Assembly (NCBI RefSeq): GCF_009914755.1
Contig: NC_060931.1
Strand: one strand, 5' to 3'
Length of the DNA: 64,000 bases
Origin: the human T2T-CHM13v2.0 reference genome, Homo sapiens
In this document: positions 38,284 to 64,000 of the stretch, piece by piece
How the letters are laid out: each line of letters opens with the position of its first letter
Position numbering within the stretch: the stretch's first letter is position 1
The notes under the pieces: model-generated
Databases searched by the model: none
Told to the model about the DNA's origin: nothing
Seen by the model: the letters and a program-made list of their open reading frames with translations, nothing else
Position numbers and translations under genes: made by a program

Positions 38284-38972
38284 TGTTACCACTGGAGGGT
38301 GTCCAGGTTCTTGGCGTTTTGAGCAATGAATTGGACAAAATGCACAAAGCAAGGAAAGAATGAAGCAACAAAAGCAGATATTTACTGAAAATGAAAGTAC
38401 ACTCCACAGGGTGAGAGTGGGCTGAGCAGCCGCTCAAGGGCCCAGATACAGATTCTTCTCGGGTCTAAATATCCCCTTGAGGTTTCCCATTGGCAATTGG
38501 TGTTCACCCCATGTAAATGAAGTGGTGGCCCTCATTCAGTCTGATCAGTTGCAGAAAGCAACCAACCAGAGGCTGAAGTGAAGTTATAAAGGTCACACTC
38601 CTATGCAAACATCTTGATTGGTTGCGGAAAGTAACCAATCAGAGGCTAAATTGAAGTTACAAAGTTGTACTTCTATGCGAACGAAGACTTGGCCCTGCAA
38701 TCAGTCTGGTTGGTTGCAACCAATCAGAGGCTGAAGTTACAAAGTTACGCTTCTCTGCAAACATCTGATTGGTTGCAGAAAGCAACTAATCAAAGGTACT
38801 TTCAATTTCCCATCTGCAGGGCAGAAAAGGTGGAGGTTTGCAAAGGAAGTAGACGCTGGTCCTTTTGTTACTTAGGCGTGGCAAGTGGGGGTTTTTCCTT
38901 CGATTTAGTTCTAGGAAGTCAGGGTGAATCAGCCTTTGGTTCCCTGCCTGCAGACCCTATTTTCCTGCCTCA
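38284..38972 (-). mobile_element. ERV1 solo LTR, MER51-type
   Basis: TG...CA termini; minus strand begins TGAGGCAGGAAAATAGGGTCTG; 4-bp TSD AGAG (38280-38283, 38973-38976); tandem CCAAT units. Confidence 0.88.
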
Positions 38973-39368
38973 AGAGCACTGTCCCTCGGGCATCAGCAGC
39001 CTGGCGGGCATCACTGGCATTTTCTTGTGCATAAGGTAGTGACTGAGAATTTTCTCTCTGGACTATGTCATGTCCATACTGACGCAGGGATAAAGAATTT
39101 ACAGAAAAAGCATGACCTGGGCTTTGAGAAATTTTATTTTGTGTTTCGAAAGAGTTCATTCTTTGACTTTTTGTTGGTTCCTCAGGCTCAGGAAGGTTCT
39201 GCTCCATTCTATTCCAAGAAGTTCTTGCTACCACTTCTGGGAGCAGGATCCCAGAAGGGGAGTGTTTTCCAGCTGAGAACTTTGTCCAGTTGGTGATTTA
39301 GTCGGAAGAAGACTGGCTTACTTCATCTTTGCCAGAGACCCAAAGACTGTTTAGCTGCTGTTTTCTAA

Positions 39369-39699
<331 letters not shown>

Positions 39700-40936
39700 T
39701 AGCTGCTGTTTTCTAAATAACCTATAATCTCTTTTCAAAAAGTCAAATTTGTACCTCAATTTTTCCCTAGTGAAATTTTCCAACTGGGCAGTCACTTTAA
39801 AACATTGCTAGGTTTCTTTCTCTGCAGTTACGTTCTGTGTTAATTTCCCATAGAAAAAAGACCGTTTTTCTCATCAACGTTTCCTCTTTACCTGAGCCAA
39901 CCTTGTCCATGTACATGTACAAATTTTATAGAATTTTGATCATAGCATGGGTATATATTCATATTCTGCCTTTCTCACTTAATATTATGATTCTTATTAT
40001 TACCATAAGCATTTTCCTATATTGGTAATATTCTTCACAATTTTTATTTCTGGCCAGAGAATTGAAGTTTGCAGTTTAAATTGATGGATGGTGGGAGCAA
40101 AGAATGTTTGATGTTTTCTGTAATACTAAAAGTCAATCAGAATACATCTACATTCCACATAGATCCCTTTCACCCACCGCTTCCCAGGTATTTCTTACAA
40201 ATGCTGTGATCTGCCACATCTAACAAGTTACTTGCAAAGCAGGAATGGTGCTCGGAGCACTCTCCCTGTGTTTTGAAGTCTGATTATTGCTCAGATGCAA
40301 TCATTCTGTGGCTGAGGCTTACAGGAAGGGCCCGGTCAATAGTGATGATGCATTTACTGACAGTCACTCAGTCGAGGGGAGTCGGGGTGCCTTAACTGTC
40401 TGCATACTTCAGGCCTTAATCCAGTGGAATCCAGAAACATTAGTAGGGTGCAGTAAGTTCTGCTAGTTGCAAGAGACAGCAACTCACACTGTCACAGGAA
40501 AAGGGAGGAAGCCCTTGGGAATAATGCAACAGGCATTCCAGCTATATGCCACACAGCCCTGCTCCTGGATCACAGGGAGAGCCGCCAAGCTGGCCCCAGG
40601 AACAGCGGAGCCAGAGTCTCACCCAGCCCAGGAGTGACAGGCACCTGACCGCACCAGCTCCCACCTGCTTCCCCTTCCTGAAGTTTTATTTATTTGTGCA
40701 TTTCCTTGTTGCTTATCTCTGGGTCTCATTAGAGTGACAGCTCCATGAGGATAGGGCTTTGCATTGTGGCTCTCTGCCCAGTGCCTGGCACACAACAGGT
40801 GGGACATAGTGAATGACTGAAGGAGTCAATGGACCCAAATTCCCGCCACTCCCACTGAGTCCTCAGCAGCGGAGTTCACCAAGGGTTGCACTGGTGACTC
40901 TCAGAGCTTTGTCCCTGGTCCAGGTCTCACTCCTGA

Positions 40937-45678
<4,742 letters not shown>

Positions 45679-46299
45679 TGACAAAATCTTATGATTTCGT
45701 TAGAAATAGCCCCTGGTTTTCATGCCAAGAAGTTCATCAATGTGCCACTTGGTAGCCTTCTCGAAGGTGATAGAAATGTGGCCGTTGCAGCCTGATTCTG
45801 TACGGTGACTCCAGTCCACGTATTCCAGGTCTCCTGGTGTTGGCAAACAAGACCTGGGACCCAGGGCCCCTCCGGAGAGCTCCCTGTAACTTCAGTAGCA
45901 GGAGACATGCGGGATCCCTTTACAAATCCTCAGTTTGCCTTCATAAAACATTTTCATTCATGTGATTAAGAAGTAATCACAGGCCCCAAACAAAACAGGA
46001 CAGAAAGAGGAACTGGGTCTGGAAGAATAAAGCCCTGTGGGTGGCGGATAATGTGCTGACTCCTGTCCAGGATACAGGTCCCTGGCCCTAAGCTGGTCCT
46101 GAAACAGCCTCGGGGGACGAGGCTGTATGCTCTGTCCCAGTTACACTCAGGCTCCGGCATTAGGGAAATTGGAAACCAGGCATGGAAGCAGCGTCCCTAC
46201 CTTCCTCAGCCAGGTTCATAAACCTGGGGCTCAATCCGCCTCTCCATGTAGGACACTGTATGTTTGCAGGCTGAGGAATTGGCCACCACTGTTCTAAAG

Positions 46300-47130
46300 A
46301 CAAGCAGGCATGACAAGATGGGCGTTAGGCCTGTTGCCGCCAGGTTTTGCCGGCTGCCGTCCTTCCCAAGGCTTTCCCTTCTCCATCCATCCTCCCCCGG
46401 TCCCTCGACACAGCACTAGAGTGAGAACACCCTGGATGTGACTTGGGGACTCCTCCTCGGTGTGCTTGCGTGGAGAGTGGAGAGGTGCGTCGTTTGTGCC
46501 CCGCTTTGCCATGACCGGGGTGGTCCTGGCACGCCGGGTATCTAGACAGCTTTTCATCAGTCGCTCATCAGCATGCTAATTGCCGTATGACTAATTATGC
46601 CCTGAATTCCAGTTGATTTTCTTAATGAGACAGCTGGGTTAATTATGTAATCGTATGATTACATTAGCCTAGAGTGCCCTGGCGAAAAGTAGCGTCTGCC
46701 GCATTGTGATGTCATCGCGGGGACGGTGCTCACAAGGGGGACATTCATCCTCAGGCTGGTGGCAGGGGACAGCCCCCATCGCCCGCAGAGCGCACTGTGC
46801 AAACATGAGCCTCATGTCTATTAAGATTGGCTTTTTCAGCCCTCACAACCTACAAGAAAAGCAGTTCACCACCAGCAGTCTCCTCGCCACCCTGCGCCCT
46901 CTCCACGCCCCCAGCCGAATCCAAAAGCCGCCTGCAGGCCTCTGCAGCTCTTCTGAGATCCAGCCATGTGTCCTTTCTTCTCACAGGACCTCTCTGCACC
47001 AAGGCTGTTGGGCTTTATCAGGGCACACCAGCACTTCCTTCAGAGTGATCCGAAGAACTCAAAGCAAAATGTTTGCATTAAAGTCCCAGAGCGACTTAGT
47101 TGACGATAACATATAAACAAGCCCTAGACT
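46300..47130. promoter_or_regulatory. Candidate intronic enhancer with TAAT cluster
   Basis: Repeat-free, CpG-retaining; several TAAT/TAATTA cores at 46575-46670. Confidence 0.5.
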
Positions 47131-47659
47131 GGCCCCGACCTTAGATCCCACTGCGCACGCCAGATATGCTGTTTCATTCCTTCTTTCTGCCCAATCTCTA
47201 ACACACATCATATTTACTAGGAAAATACATGACCGATACCTTCTGGTTTCTGGCCACTTCGCTACTCCCCATCACAGCAGAACTCCCCTGGGAGGTGACT
47301 GCCTGCTGAATCACTTCTTCACCTATTTACACTCTTCCTCCTTAGACTTTTGTGGCCTTCTCCTCTTCCTCTGCCAGGGCTCTAAATGTTGGAGTATGCC
47401 AGGACGTTATTCTTAGCCTTTTCCTTTTCATTTGCATTCCCTCCCTATCTAAAACTCCACATGACCAAAAGAGAATGATCATTTCCCCCCACGTATATAT
47501 TGTCTTCAAGGGCATATGGACAATTCAAGAAAACTTCAAAAAAATTTCTAGAGCTAATACGTGAGCATTAAGAGGTCACCTATATTATTATTATATAAAC
47601 ATTACATAATATAAAATATATATTTATATATATTTTATTATTTGTTAAAATGTAAAATG

Positions 47660-52960
<5,301 letters not shown>

Positions 52961-53119
52961 GGCCAGAAGCAGAGACTCCAAGTTCTGTTAATTTTGATTT
53001 TTGGTTTTCATGGAAATGGCTGGAAAAAATAACTTACAAAGATAAATAGATTCAAACCAAAGAAACACATTATTGGCTATCTTTACAAAAATAGGATTCA
53101 TATTTATGAAATCTAGGTA

Positions 53120-53201
53120 TAGGTTGAGTGTCTTTTATCCAAAATGCTTGGAATCAGAGTGTTTTGGATTTGGGATTTTTGAATTAGGGATATTCAGCTT
53201 G
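53120..53201. mobile_element. Miniature Tigger4/MER46-type element
   Basis: TA-taggttgagtgtcttttatcc...gaattagggatattcagcttg-TA; degenerate TIRs. Confidence 0.75.
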
Positions 53202-53228
53202 TACTAATTATGAGAAGGTATTTGTTGA

Positions 53229-56383
<3,155 letters not shown>

Positions 56384-56439
56384 AGTAAGCAGAAATCATA
56401 CTGAGAATTTTTCAAAGTCGTTTGCCTGGCGGGCTTCTT

Positions 56440-64000
<7,561 letters not shown>

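Overview
Human (or very closely related great-ape) genomic DNA from inside CUX1 (CUX1/CASP locus, 7q22), transcribed on the + strand. Only two coding exons are present: 36566-36644 (79 nt, [26 protein letters not shown]) and 60261-60398 (138 nt, [46 protein letters not shown]), usually numbered exons 4 and 5. The rest is intron: roughly 60-70 Alus, old L1M/L2/MIR fragments, a full-span Tigger1, and solo LTRs (MER51-type, THE1, MST, MLT1), plus several repeat-free blocks that look regulatory. Almost all ORFs in the supplied track are Alu or repeat artefacts. I see no convincing new multi-gene system. The best leads are small: (1) an Alu whose 5' junction carries an inverted tRNA-Glu fragment inside the same target-site duplication; (2) a sense THE1 LTR with a DUX4 motif and splice donors upstream of exon 5; (3) an antisense, CCAAT-rich MER51 LTR beside exon 4; (4) several rearranged Alus; (5) an intron 4 that may be shorter than the reference. 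Repeat boundaries and subfamily calls are by eye and approximate.
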